From a virus (lineage: Duplodnaviria > Caudoviricetes): a stretch of DNA of 38,322 nucleotides. A program made the position numbers and the translations under genes. The DNA is taken from positions 1 through 38,322 of the IMG/VR virus record IMGVR_UViG_3300028588_000052. One strand, given 5' to 3'. Below, piece by piece: positions 1 through 9,420 of the stretch (positions are counted from its first letter, which is position 1; each line of letters starts with the position of its first letter). A model generated the notes under the pieces. The model was not told the DNA's origin and did not search any database. It saw only the letters and a program-made list of their open reading frames with translations.

Positions 1-65
1 CCCAGTTCTTCAACGTGATGTTGAGGAACTTCGTCATGTCGACCGCGTAGTCCGACCCGATGTTC
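1..65. repeat. Terminal direct repeat / circular overlap, left copy
   Basis: 1-65 matches 38258-38322 at 64/65 positions (C44 vs G38301). Confidence 0.95.
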
Positions 66-418
66 TTCTTCGCACGAGTCGACGCGGCGATGCCGAAGTT
101 GCCGTCAGCGTCCACGTACATCTGCACTGGCACGTTCGTGAGGATGTTCTGCCGAACCCCCGGCGACTGCACACTGTCAGTGAAGGCCCCCGACCGTCCA
201 GTGACACCCAGCACAGCACGAACGAACAGGCCACTCACACCGGCGTACGCAGCAACGTACGCCCCAGTGACGTTGCCGCCAGCTGACACATCCCCCGAAG
301 CGAACAGGCCACCGACGTTCAACCGAAGCCGGACAGCCTTCTCCAAGTTGCGGATACGCCGCTGCACGTCCCGGATCGGGCCGAGAATGCCAGTCCCGCT
401 CTTCGTTGGGTCACCCAC
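1..418 (-). CDS. 5' part of a junction-spanning minor tail protein (continues at 38257->37794; about 293 aa in total)
   Basis: GGAGG RBS then GTG at 418 (MGDPTKSGTGILGPIRDVQRRIRNLEK...). The frame is open to position 1 and in frame with the 37794..38294 ORF through the overlap. It is missing from the ORF track. Confidence 0.85.
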   Translation of the reverse strand, partial: MGDPTKSGTGILGPIRDVQRRIRNLEKAVRLRLNVGGLFASGDVSAGGNVTGAYVAAYAGVSGLFVRAVLGVTGRSGAFTDSVQSPGVRQNILTNVPVQMYVDADGNFGIAASTRAKKNIGSDYAVDMTKFLNITLKNW

Positions 419-427
419 ACGGGCCTC

Positions 428-1543
428 CTAGTTCGTCAACGCGTACAACTCGCCAGTTGTCACCGACACCCACCGGCCGTCCTGATCGCCCGACAGGTTC
501 GTGATCCGCCGCCGGTACACGCCATCCGCAACGAACAAGTCGCCACGCAGCTTCACCAGGCAGTAGTCACCCTTGTTGAACTCACCGATGCGGGGCGACT
601 GATCCGCCTGCACTTGGAAGTCCCAGAACTCGACCGGCTTCGAACCAGTACGGGCGCTTTCCCGCACGTAGCCGTCCAACTGGTACTGCTCATCCACGTT
701 GCGGGATGCGTCCACGAGCTCGAGCAGCGGGAACCCTTGCGTGAGCAGGTTCGTGTTTGTGTACGTGGAGAACATGGTGGCGTCGGATGCGGACCCGCCC
801 TGACCCCACGCGCGGCCCTGCAGCTTCGACCCGTCGACTTTCACGTTGAGGCCACGGATCGTCGTCTGACCGACCCCGTAATCCCATACATGCGTTGACA
901 GGCCGGACAGTTGCGGCTGCGACGGGGTACCGACCCGCATCACCCACTCAACGAACCGAGGGTCGGTCTTGAACCGAGGCAGAAAGTCGATCTCAGGTCC
1001 GCCATCCACGGCCGTCAGGTCCCCGAGTGCATCACCGACGAGAGCCAAGTCAGCACCCTGGTACTCGCGCGTTTCTGTACCCGACACTTCCGTTGGCAAC
1101 ACGACGGGGACGGTGCCGTTCGTGTGCTGCTGAGCCTGTGCCACGAGTCGACGAGCGACCGTCGTCAACGACACGTTCTCGTAGTATGTCTCCACATCGA
1201 ACGGCGTCTGTCCGGCCGCCAGGACCGGGATCAGCACGCGGTGGTCGAAGTAGGACCACATACCCGACGCGTTCAACGTCAGCGTGCCCGCATCCTTCGA
1301 GTAGTCCTGCACCCACACCGGACCCGCATTCAGGATCACACCGTTCTCAGCGACGCCGAGGAACGACTTCCCCACCGTCGCAACGTTCCGCAGGTTGAGA
1401 CGGCGGATGTCAGGGTCGGTGAGAGGCACCGTGATGCTGACACTGCCGGCGCTGTTGATCCCCACATCCCAAGAGCCCTTGCTGACCTGCAGATGCGTGG
1501 AGATGCGGCCCGTGAGCAGGTCGCCGATGAACCAATCAGTCAC
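428..1543 (-). CDS. Minor tail protein (Gp28/Gp37-like tail hub/Tal-type)
   Basis: 371 aa, located after Dit in the tail module; N-terminal 'DLLTGRI..L..S..SW...INSAGS' is typical of actinophage minor tail proteins. Confidence 0.75.
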   Translation of the reverse strand: MTDWFIGDLLTGRISTHLQVSKGSWDVGINSAGSVSITVPLTDPDIRRLNLRNVATVGKSFLGVAENGVILNAGPVWVQDYSKDAGTLTLNASGMWSYFDHRVLIPVLAAGQTPFDVETYYENVSLTTVARRLVAQAQQHTNGTVPVVLPTEVSGTETREYQGADLALVGDALGDLTAVDGGPEIDFLPRFKTDPRFVEWVMRVGTPSQPQLSGLSTHVWDYGVGQTTIRGLNVKVDGSKLQGRAWGQGGSASDATMFSTYTNTNLLTQGFPLLELVDASRNVDEQYQLDGYVRESARTGSKPVEFWDFQVQADQSPRIGEFNKGDYCLVKLRGDLFVADGVYRRRITNLSGDQDGRWVSVTTGELYALTN

Positions 1544-1554
1544 CGGAGCGCCAC

Positions 1555-2511
1555 CTAACCGATTGCGTACGAGATCGCGCCGAGGTAGATCGTGTCCGCA
1601 GTCCGGTCACTGCTCGCGCCGATCTGCACGGATCCATCTGTGGCGACCACGAACAGACCCGTGTAACCGTTGAACATTCCCGCCGGTGCCCGGAAGTACA
1701 CGGATGGCCGGAAGCCGCTTGGCAGCGTTGTGATGTCCGTGTACCCGTTGAGGAACTGTCCGGACTTCAGCGAGATGTTGCCCTGGAAGTAGACGACCCC
1801 GTTCATGCGCCGGTAGGCGGCGTTCGTTGTCATCGAGCTCGGCACGCTCAGTGGGATCCAACCGGTGTCACCGTTGCTGACTGCTACCCAGGCACCACCG
1901 CGCATGTAAAACAGTTCATTGCCCTTGACGTAGCCGAGGGTTCCCTCGATGACATTCGCAACGTCAGCATTGAGCGCGGCGACCGACCGGTACCGAATCG
2001 GGGCACCGTTTAGCGCTGTCTGCTGCACTGTGTTACTGATGACCACACCGGACGCGTTCGTTGACGTGACACCCGCCGGGACCAGCACAGTGCCAAGCAC
2101 CAGAGCCCCCGAAGGTGCCGCCGGAATCGTCGGCGACGCAGCGGCAGTGCCCGTCACTTTGTCCACGACAGGTGCGCTCGTGGCGTCGCCGCGTTCCGTG
2201 TCATTGTGCTTCAAGTAGACGACGTCGTAGCGGCTGTTCGCAGACGGAGCCGGGTCAAGCGGCACCGTCACATCGCCGACGTTCGACACGATCACCGCGC
2301 CATCAGACTTGCCCCGTGACAGCACCCAACTCGTGTCGCCCAGGAAGCGGACCGTCATCGACGACGTCGGCTGCAGAGCACCACTGTCACCAAACAGCTG
2401 CCCCGTACGGGTCGTGTTGTCGGCGTTGTGGATCACCCGAGCCGCATCCATCTGACGCGCATCAAGAGCGGTAGTTCCAGCAGTGGTCACAAGCCCGTTG
2501 GTCAACGCCAT
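1555..2511 (-). CDS. Minor tail protein / receptor-binding candidate
   Basis: Conserved 'PAPSANSRYDVV...VTGTAAASPTIP..P.GALVLG' N-domain. C-terminal 'DTGW...YRRMNGVVY...LPSGFRP' beta domain typical of tail receptor-binding modules. Confidence 0.75.
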   Translation of the reverse strand: MALTNGLVTTAGTTALDARQMDAARVIHNADNTTRTGQLFGDSGALQPTSSMTVRFLGDTSWVLSRGKSDGAVIVSNVGDVTVPLDPAPSANSRYDVVYLKHNDTERGDATSAPVVDKVTGTAAASPTIPAAPSGALVLGTVLVPAGVTSTNASGVVISNTVQQTALNGAPIRYRSVAALNADVANVIEGTLGYVKGNELFYMRGGAWVAVSNGDTGWIPLSVPSSMTTNAAYRRMNGVVYFQGNISLKSGQFLNGYTDITTLPSGFRPSVYFRAPAGMFNGYTGLFVVATDGSVQIGASSDRTADTIYLGAISYAIG

Positions 2512-2530
2512 GCGCGTCTCCTATCCAAGA

Positions 2531-3514
2531 TCAAACGAAAGCGGGAGCCGTCGACACCGTTAGCGTCGGGCTCCCAGAGACAGCACCAATAGGCAGGAAC
2601 TGGACCTCGCCAGCACGTTTCGGCGGGACCGTCCACCAGTCCGACGCCGTCAAGAAACCAGTCACATCGGAACCGGAGATCGTCACGCGGCCCGTACGCG
2701 GGTTCAACCGCACCGTCTCCGACGCAGCAACCGGACGCTCGAACCGGACACGCTGACCAGTCGGCACCCACACCAACTCAAACCCGCCGGCAAGACCACC
2801 AGTGACGTCGAGCATCGAAACGGTCTCCGCCGTACCAGGGTTCGCCGCAGCAGCACGCCCCGTCGAACCAGGCGTACCCCAGTCGAAGAACTTCCCAGTC
2901 GGCTGCACTGCCTGCGGCTGGTACGTGCCATCACCGTTGCCTGTCAGGCCAGTCGTTAGGTAGAACCCTGGATTGTTCGGGTCGCGCACGTAGTACGTCG
3001 CCGGGTACAAGCCCTGCGACGGTGCAGTACCCGACACCACACCCAGCGGCCACACCAGACCGGACGACGGCACAGCAACACCAGTCGACGCGAGCACCCG
3101 TGTTCCGTAACGGAACGGGTCAGCTGAGATCACATCGAACGAGAACTTGAAGTACGGCTGGTACAGGCCGTCATCCATCTTCGGCGACGTGGACACGCCA
3201 ACGTTCACCCAGCGGGTGTCGATCGGATCAGTGACGGTGAACACCGCCTCCTGCCCGTCCGCCATCAGCCCAGCCAAGGTGTCTCGAGCCGCGTACGCTT
3301 CAGCCAACGTGTCGCCCGACCAGGAACCCTCCACCGAAACCACCCGAGGGTCCCGGTAGATGGTCCCCGGCCGGAACGACCCGTTCGCCTGCGGCCGGGT
3401 GTCCGCCTCATACCGTGTCGGAGCGGCGTCATACCAGCCGACAAGCTTCGCCAACGCGAAACCCTTCACCGCCTGATCGTCAAACGTCACCCCACTGAAC
3501 GTGACCGTCGTCAT
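2531..3514 (-). CDS. Distal tail protein (Dit-like)
   Basis: Immediately after the tape measure gene (ATGA overlap); 'GWYDA...R....G', 'ADPFRYG' and 'NPGTA' motifs. Confidence 0.75.
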   Translation of the reverse strand: MTTVTFSGVTFDDQAVKGFALAKLVGWYDAAPTRYEADTRPQANGSFRPGTIYRDPRVVSVEGSWSGDTLAEAYAARDTLAGLMADGQEAVFTVTDPIDTRWVNVGVSTSPKMDDGLYQPYFKFSFDVISADPFRYGTRVLASTGVAVPSSGLVWPLGVVSGTAPSQGLYPATYYVRDPNNPGFYLTTGLTGNGDGTYQPQAVQPTGKFFDWGTPGSTGRAAAANPGTAETVSMLDVTGGLAGGFELVWVPTGQRVRFERPVAASETVRLNPRTGRVTISGSDVTGFLTASDWWTVPPKRAGEVQFLPIGAVSGSPTLTVSTAPAFV

Positions 3515-6500
3515 GACACCATCCCTGCGAGCTCGCGAGCGGCCTCCCGCCCAAGGACGGTCAGCATCGTGTTCGGGTCAACGTGCTGCATCGGCTGAAT
3601 GTGGTTGTGCTGCTCGTAGGTGTTGCCACCAACAGGCTGCGCGGCCGGCCGGTACGAATCCATGTAGCGGACAGAACCGCCACGGTTCATCGCATCCAAA
3701 GCAGCCCGGTTCCGTGCAGTCGCAGCAGCGTTCATCACGAACTCACGCCCGTGCACCACACCAGCGACCTCATCAGTTCCGAAATCACCCGTGTACCCAC
3801 CAGACGCATACCCGGGCACCCGCAGGTACTTGCCGAGCATCTTCTGCAACGCCTTCGACTGCCGGTCAATGGACTTCGCGATCGTCGCCGCGTTCTTGTT
3901 CGCCGCGGACAACGACTTCTCAGCCGTGTCGATCAGCTTCCCGAAGTTCGCGTCCGCAACCTGATTGCCGATCTTCGTCGAAGTGGACTGCATCGCCTGG
4001 TACTGCTTGTTCACAGCAGCCAGGCCGGCCTTATTCATCGACGCGAGACTGCGCGCCAACGGCAGCCCCTGATCCACACCAAGCGACGCGATCTCGTTCA
4101 GCAGAGCAGGAGCAAGCCCCTTCTTCTGCAACGAAGCCAGCAACGCCTGGAACTGCTTCAGCTTCCCCGCACGCTGCGTCAAACCACGCAGCAGCGACGA
4201 ACCAGACCGGTAATCGCCGTACGAAACGTCCGACAGTTTGCCCTTCACCGCTGACGCCATCGACGTCGACGAATCACGCAACCCATCCAAACGGTCCGAC
4301 GCCTTCTTCACCGCGTCAGCAGCCTTCGTCGACTGCTTCTCGAGACCGAGGAACGCACGCTCGTTCTTGTCCGCAGCCCGCAGGAACGACCGCCGCTGAG
4401 CAGCCGAATACTTCGACGAGTCCTGCCCCATCTGGAACAGGTTCTGCGTACCCGACTGCACATCGAACTCACCGTTACGAACGGACGTGCGGAACGACAA
4501 CCGGTCGCCGAGATCCGCACCAGTCGGAGCCGCCTTCGCACGAGCCAACGCAGCATCAGCACGCTGAGTCGCAGCCTTCGCCGCACGCGTCTCCGCCTGC
4601 GCCTGCAACAGCCGCTGACGGTTCGCAGCCGTCTTCGACTTGTTGAACTCGCTCTGAGCCCGACGCTGCGCAACCTGCGCCGCCTTGAACCGGTTCTTCG
4701 CCCGCTTCGCATCCGTCGTCTCGCGAGACACGAAACCACCCGAAGCGAACATGCCCGCGTTGAGACGGTCAAACGTGTGCCGGCCGTACTTCTGCACCGA
4801 CGCCGCACGGATCACGTACTCACCGTTCGACAGGTACGCCGGAATCGAATCCGACGTCGCAGTCCCCGCACCATACACAGGACCACCAGCCGCCTTGTAC
4901 GCAGCGCCAGCAGCACCACGAGACGCGCCCGCCTTCACGGACTCTTCAACCTTCCGGTTAACAGTCGTGACCGTCAGAGTCCTCGACTGTAACGCGTTCA
5001 ACGACCGCAGCACAGCGTTCAGGTTCGCCTGAGCAGCAGCCACCTCAGCACGCACCTCAGTGCGCTTCGACGGCGGCACCGAAGCCAGCTTCTGCTTCGT
5101 CGCTTCCAGCTTCTGCAGGGCATCCTGAACCTCGCCCTGCACCTTCAGGATGCGCTTCTTCGTCGCAAGCTCAGCAGCACGCTCAACAGCCTTCGCCGAG
5201 TCAACAACCCCCGACGCGCCTTCCTGACTAAACAGGGTCTTCACGTTCGCCGGCACCAGCTTCAACTGGTCAGCCATCTTCGCCGCTTCCTCACCGGAAA
5301 CGCCGAACGCCTGAGCGGCCTGAATGTACGCATCCCGAGTGGTCTGCATCTTCGCCGCAGCATCCGCCTGCGTGCCGCCGTTCTCCGCGATAGCAGCCGT
5401 AGCCGCAATACCGTCCTGGGCGATCTGACGGAGAGCAGCAGCGTTCGCGCGACCCTTGTCAGAGTTCAGGTCCAGCGTGCGACCGTTCTCCTTCAGCGAG
5501 CCAGTTGCGTCGTCGATAGCAGCCTGGAAGTCAGACTCCGTCTGCTCCACAGAAAGCTGCGTCGAACCGAAACTACGGATCTGGTCAGCCAGATCGCTGA
5601 TGCTCTGGTTTGCTTCTGCAGCCGCACCAGTCAGGTCGGCAAGCTGCTCCTTCTGCTGCTGCGTGGACGTCGCAGCCAGCACAGTAGCCAGCTGACCCTT
5701 ACCCTGCGCCAGATTCAACAGTTCCTGACCGTCAACGGTCTTCCCCTGCGCCGCAGCAAGCGCCTGAAGCTCATCCTTGTACGGCTTCATCTTGTTCAGC
5801 AGGTCCCGGGCAGTGTCGCTACCGCCGCCCATCTGCTTCAGCAGCTGGTTGAACCCCTTCGCCGCCGACGTGACATCTGTCGAAGCAGTACCAGCAAGTG
5901 TCTCACCCATCTGCTTGAACTGCGCCTCGAACCGGGTTGCAGTGTCAGACACATGCGTCATCCCGAACGTCAGACCGTCGAAGAACTTTCCGAACCCAAC
6001 CGAGCGTTCGTTGCCTGCACCCGAAATAGCATCAAGGGCTTTCTTCGCGGACGTCGCCTTGTCGTTGATGATGTCGAACGCGCCGCCACCACCAGTGAAC
6101 TGCTGGTTCAGTGCCTTACCGTTGTTCGCCGTCATCGCAGCGTTCAGACGGTTGATCTCACCCTCAGTGAGCGACGCTTCCTTGCCGATTCCCGAGAAGC
6201 CGGAGATGACTGCGGCGATACCAACAGCAATGCCGGCACCCTTGCCGAAGCCCTTCGCGACACGGCCAACCGTGAGGTTCATCTGCTGCATCGCCGCTCG
6301 AGCAGCCTGCACCTTCGGGACCATCGTCAGGAACCCGCCACCCGCCAGAGCGGTAGCGGCGACAACAGCGGTCAGGCCGAGAGTGAGACCCTGCACTGCG
6401 CCGGGAGCGTTAGAGTACGCCGACACGAGACCCGTGACGGACTGCACCATCTCACGAAGCACACTGTTCGACGCGGAACCGGTCTTGATCAGACCCGACT

Positions 6501-7545
6501 CGAACGCCGCGCCAAGCTTCTTGACGTCACCGTTCAGGTTGTCCGTCTTGCCCGCAGCCTGCTCAGCAGCGAACCCGGCCTCGTTGACCGAATTGATCCA
6601 CGTGCGGTTTTTGTCCGCCCCGTCTTTGAGTAGGATGTTCGCGGCACGGATCGCGTCGGATCCGAAGATGATGCCCAGCGCTGAGTCGCGAGACGCCGAG
6701 TCGACACCCTTGAATCCGGCGGCAAGCTGACCTGCGAGACCGGTGATGCCGACGAAGTTGCCCTGCGCGTCGTACGCCTCAATGTTGTACTGCTTCATCG
6801 CCGCAGCGGCCTGCTTCGATGGGGTAGCCAACTGCAGCAGCATCGACTTGAAGCTCGTGCCAGCGTCAGAGCCCAGCAGACCGTTCGACGCGAACTCAGC
6901 CAGCGTGCCGACAGTCTCATCGATCGACAGTCCGAACTGGTTCGCGACCAGACCGGACTGCTGCAGAGCCTGCCCCAGTTCCTCCACACCACCGAGCGAC
7001 TTGTCCGCCGCAGCAGCAAGCAGGTCAGCAACGTGCGGCACATCCTTACCGGACAGACCGAACTGCGTCAGAGCAGCAGACGCGATTTCCGTAGCCCGAG
7101 CCACATCAATCTGGCCGGCAGCGGCAAGGTTCAGTGCACCCTTTAGGCCGCCACCGAGGATGTCCTTCACGGACACACCAGCCTTGACGAGCTCCGTTTC
7201 CGCCTGCGCCACCTCAGTGGCAGAGAACCCGATGCTCTGACCCATCGTCAACGCCGCATTCCGCAGCAGATCCATGTCGCCAGCTGTAGCGTGCGACAGG
7301 GACTGCACCTGCGACATCTGCGCGTCGAAGTCAGCGAACGACTTCACCGCAAGAGCGACACCAGCAGCAGCCGCAGCACCGATACCGAGCAGGCCGTTAC
7401 CGACCTTCTCAAACGCTGCACCCTGCGCCTGCAGGTTCTGCGCCTCAGAGTTCGCCTGCTGCGTCGCCTGCTGAATCTGGTTCATCCCCTGCAGGTACTG
7501 CTGCACCTGCGCGCGGATAGTGACGGAAACAACATGATCGGCCAA
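3511..7545 (-). CDS. Tape measure protein (TP901-like core)
   Basis: 1344 aa, Ala/Gly-rich and helical; 'FDAQMSQV...FSATEVAQA..EL.KAG...GSDAGTSFKSML' core; 'GGPVYGAGTATSDSIPAYLSNGEYV' motif. Confidence 0.95.
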   Translation of the reverse strand: MADHVVSVTIRAQVQQYLQGMNQIQQATQQANSEAQNLQAQGAAFEKVGNGLLGIGAAAAAGVALAVKSFADFDAQMSQVQSLSHATAGDMDLLRNAALTMGQSIGFSATEVAQAETELVKAGVSVKDILGGGLKGALNLAAAGQIDVARATEIASAALTQFGLSGKDVPHVADLLAAAADKSLGGVEELGQALQQSGLVANQFGLSIDETVGTLAEFASNGLLGSDAGTSFKSMLLQLATPSKQAAAAMKQYNIEAYDAQGNFVGITGLAGQLAAGFKGVDSASRDSALGIIFGSDAIRAANILLKDGADKNRTWINSVNEAGFAAEQAAGKTDNLNGDVKKLGAAFESGLIKTGSASNSVLREMVQSVTGLVSAYSNAPGAVQGLTLGLTAVVAATALAGGGFLTMVPKVQAARAAMQQMNLTVGRVAKGFGKGAGIAVGIAAVISGFSGIGKEASLTEGEINRLNAAMTANNGKALNQQFTGGGGAFDIINDKATSAKKALDAISGAGNERSVGFGKFFDGLTFGMTHVSDTATRFEAQFKQMGETLAGTASTDVTSAAKGFNQLLKQMGGGSDTARDLLNKMKPYKDELQALAAAQGKTVDGQELLNLAQGKGQLATVLAATSTQQQKEQLADLTGAAAEANQSISDLADQIRSFGSTQLSVEQTESDFQAAIDDATGSLKENGRTLDLNSDKGRANAAALRQIAQDGIAATAAIAENGGTQADAAAKMQTTRDAYIQAAQAFGVSGEEAAKMADQLKLVPANVKTLFSQEGASGVVDSAKAVERAAELATKKRILKVQGEVQDALQKLEATKQKLASVPPSKRTEVRAEVAAAQANLNAVLRSLNALQSRTLTVTTVNRKVEESVKAGASRGAAGAAYKAAGGPVYGAGTATSDSIPAYLSNGEYVIRAASVQKYGRHTFDRLNAGMFASGGFVSRETTDAKRAKNRFKAAQVAQRRAQSEFNKSKTAANRQRLLQAQAETRAAKAATQRADAALARAKAAPTGADLGDRLSFRTSVRNGEFDVQSGTQNLFQMGQDSSKYSAAQRRSFLRAADKNERAFLGLEKQSTKAADAVKKASDRLDGLRDSSTSMASAVKGKLSDVSYGDYRSGSSLLRGLTQRAGKLKQFQALLASLQKKGLAPALLNEIASLGVDQGLPLARSLASMNKAGLAAVNKQYQAMQSTSTKIGNQVADANFGKLIDTAEKSLSAANKNAATIAKSIDRQSKALQKMLGKYLRVPGYASGGYTGDFGTDEVAGVVHGREFVMNAAATARNRAALDAMNRGGSVRYMDSYRPAAQPVGGNTYEQHNHIQPMQHVDPNTMLTVLGREAARELAGMVS

Positions 7546-7580
7546 AACGCGGCTCCCGTCTTCCAGTGTTTACATATCAG

Positions 7581-8057
7581 CTACTGCCATGTGACTTTCT
7601 CCACCGGCCACATGAACCCATGCGGGTTCGCGTTCTCGCCAGCCGCCTTCCGCCACAAATCCTCAGCGTCCTTCGTGGCTTTCTCCGCGAAGTCAACGAT
7701 CGGGAGACGCACGAAAGCGCCCTCCGGTGTCACCGTCAACTTGCCGGCCGCATACCTGTGCGAACCACGCGGATTTGACGGGTCCGCATCAGGAGACGTT
7801 GCCTCATCCATCGGCTGACCATGCGGGCCAAGCATCTGCTCAAAGCCCGTGACACCAAGCACCAATGCCACCTGATCGGGCGTCCACTCCGGTTCACGTT
7901 CAACATGAACCGCAGTCACACGCCCAGCATCGTCATACACGGGGGTATGCACTTCCAGGGGCTCCCACCCACGCAAACGCTTCGGGGACACACCAACCTT
8001 TACTGCGAGTCGGACTTCATCTCGGAGACGAGGGTTGACGCGCGCAGCGCTTTTCCC
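7581..8057 (-). CDS. Tail assembly chaperone, frameshifted C-terminal (GT) part
   Basis: The -1 frame from GGGAAAA (8057-8051) reads GKSAARVNPRLRDEVRLAVKVGVSPKRLRGW... and is open into the 7581..7991 ORF. Confidence 0.85.
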   Translation of the reverse strand, partial: GKSAARVNPRLRDEVRLAVKVGVSPKRLRGWEPLEVHTPVYDDAGRVTAVHVEREPEWTPDQVALVLGVTGFEQMLGPHGQPMDEATSPDADPSNPRGSHRYAAGKLTVTPEGAFVRLPIVDFAEKATKDAEDLWRKAAGENANPHGFMWPVEKVTWQ

Positions 8058-8575
8058 AGTTCCACCGCCCGGTTGCTCTCCCCCTCATTGAGCGCATACA
8101 CCACGTCTGCGATCTGCTGATGGTCGCCACCCGAAAGCAGCTGGAACAGGTCATCCCATTCCTCTTCCGTCAGCTCGCGTTCCTGGCCGTCCTCAATGAC
8201 GACACCGGACTGCAGAGCCGCAGCACGCGTCACCGCGTGGAAGTTGTACCCAAACACCACCTTGTCCGGCAGCGAATCGGGTCGGGGGCTGTTCACCAGA
8301 GTCAGGTCAGTCCAATCCGAACCCAGCATCCGCGTGAACTTCAGGTCGACGAGAGTGCCGGCGTAATCCGCCTTCACCGCCTCGATCTCCTGCAGGATCT
8401 CAGCAAGCCGCGATGTCTTCGCCAGACGGTCATCCTGCGGCTTGCCCTTCTCAACCTCACGCTCAGCCTCGAGGTCATACAGACGCCCCGACACATCAGC
8501 ATCCAGAGACACAGTGACCACCCGAGACGGACGGCCCTTCTCCTTCGCCGCAGCAAGCTTCTCGTTGAAACCCAT
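8000..8575 (-). CDS. Tail assembly chaperone (G)
   Basis: Between the major tail and tape measure genes; ATG 8575 after GAGG; slippery GGGAAAA near its 3' end. Confidence 0.85.
   Translation of the reverse strand: MGFNEKLAAAKEKGRPSRVVTVSLDADVSGRLYDLEAEREVEKGKPQDDRLAKTSRLAEILQEIEAVKADYAGTLVDLKFTRMLGSDWTDLTLVNSPRPDSLPDKVVFGYNFHAVTRAAALQSGVVIEDGQERELTEEEWDDLFQLLSGGDHQQIADVVYALNEGESNRAVELGKALRASTLVSEMKSDSQ
8051..8057 (-). promoter_or_regulatory. -1 programmed ribosomal frameshift site GGGAAAA
   Basis: Canonical X XXY YYZ heptamer at Gly-Lys near the end of the chaperone gene. Confidence 0.85.
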
Positions 8576-8584
8576 AAGTCTGTT

Positions 8585-8647
8585 CCTCACTCGTCCTCAC
8601 TCAAAGAAGATGACCCGTGCGGGCGGGAGTGAGACCGCCCGCACGGG
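8585..8647 (-). promoter_or_regulatory. 13-bp hairpin whose loop is complementary to two downstream GAGTGAG copies (putative pseudoknot)
   Basis: Stem 8614-8626/8635-8647; mRNA loop UCUCACUC; GAGUGAGG at 8602-8595 and 8592-8585. Confidence 0.6.
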
Positions 8648-8652
8648 AGTTA

Positions 8653-9186
8653 TCAGGACCCCGTAGCCGGAGTAACGTCGCGCAGAACCGGAGCCAGCGG
8701 ACGCAGCGACTGAGTCTTCGTGAACACCGAGTTAGCCGCAGCCTGATCGCGCTGCTTCACACCCGCCTCCACCAGCCACAGGTCGAACTTCGTGGTCGAC
8801 GTGATATCCGCATCATGAGCAGTCGCCCACCGCACAGCAGCGATGTACGTCTGACCCTTGACCAGCAGCGGGTCAGCAACACTCGTCGTGTCGCCGTACA
8901 CGTACTGCACAGACAGCGTGTTCGACTCCTTGCCGCCACGAGAGAACGACTGCGTCGCCGTCAGACGGTCATCAGTGATGTCCTCCTGCGACGTCGCCTC
9001 AGCCCAACCCGACCCAGCAGTGAGGTCATACGTGACATCGATGAACGCTGCCGAGTTCAGCTGCGTCAGCGTCACATCCTTGAGGCTCTTGCCCGCCGTC
9101 AGCACACTCGCCGGAGCGAACATGACCAGCAGGTTGCCTTCAGTACCAACGGACAGCGACTGCTGCCCACCCTTAGTGATAGCCAA
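8653..9186 (-). CDS. Major tail (tube) protein
   Basis: 177 aa, TTG start; 'L.QLN....DVTYDL...W......I.D.RL......GG' is typical of actinophage tail tubes; position fits. Confidence 0.85.
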   Translation of the reverse strand: MAITKGGQQSLSVGTEGNLLVMFAPASVLTAGKSLKDVTLTQLNSAAFIDVTYDLTAGSGWAEATSQEDITDDRLTATQSFSRGGKESNTLSVQYVYGDTTSVADPLLVKGQTYIAAVRWATAHDADITSTTKFDLWLVEAGVKQRDQAAANSVFTKTQSLRPLAPVLRDVTPATGS

Positions 9187-9272
9187 TTCGGTTTCCCTTC
9201 GATTGGAAGATGCGGTCCCGGATCGGCTCCGAAAGACCGGTTACGCCCCGTCCGGGGACAAATGTGGGAGGG

Positions 9273-9404
9273 CTACTTGCCCTTGTCGTCGTTCTTCGGC
9301 TTGTCCGAAACCAGCGGGAACCGGTCGGGGAAACGCTCCTGAATCGACTTGTGGATCTCCATGTGCAGCCCATGCGGGCCGGACACGGTAACGAGGTCAC
9401 TCAT
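9273..9404 (-). CDS. Small hypothetical protein (43 aa) before the major tail gene
   Basis: AGGAGG RBS; MSDLVTVSGPHGLHMEIHKSIQERFPDRFPLVSDKPKNDDKGK*; read manually. Confidence 0.6.
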   Translation of the reverse strand: MSDLVTVSGPHGLHMEIHKSIQERFPDRFPLVSDKPKNDDKGK

Positions 9405-9420
9405 CACTGCCTCCTGGAAT

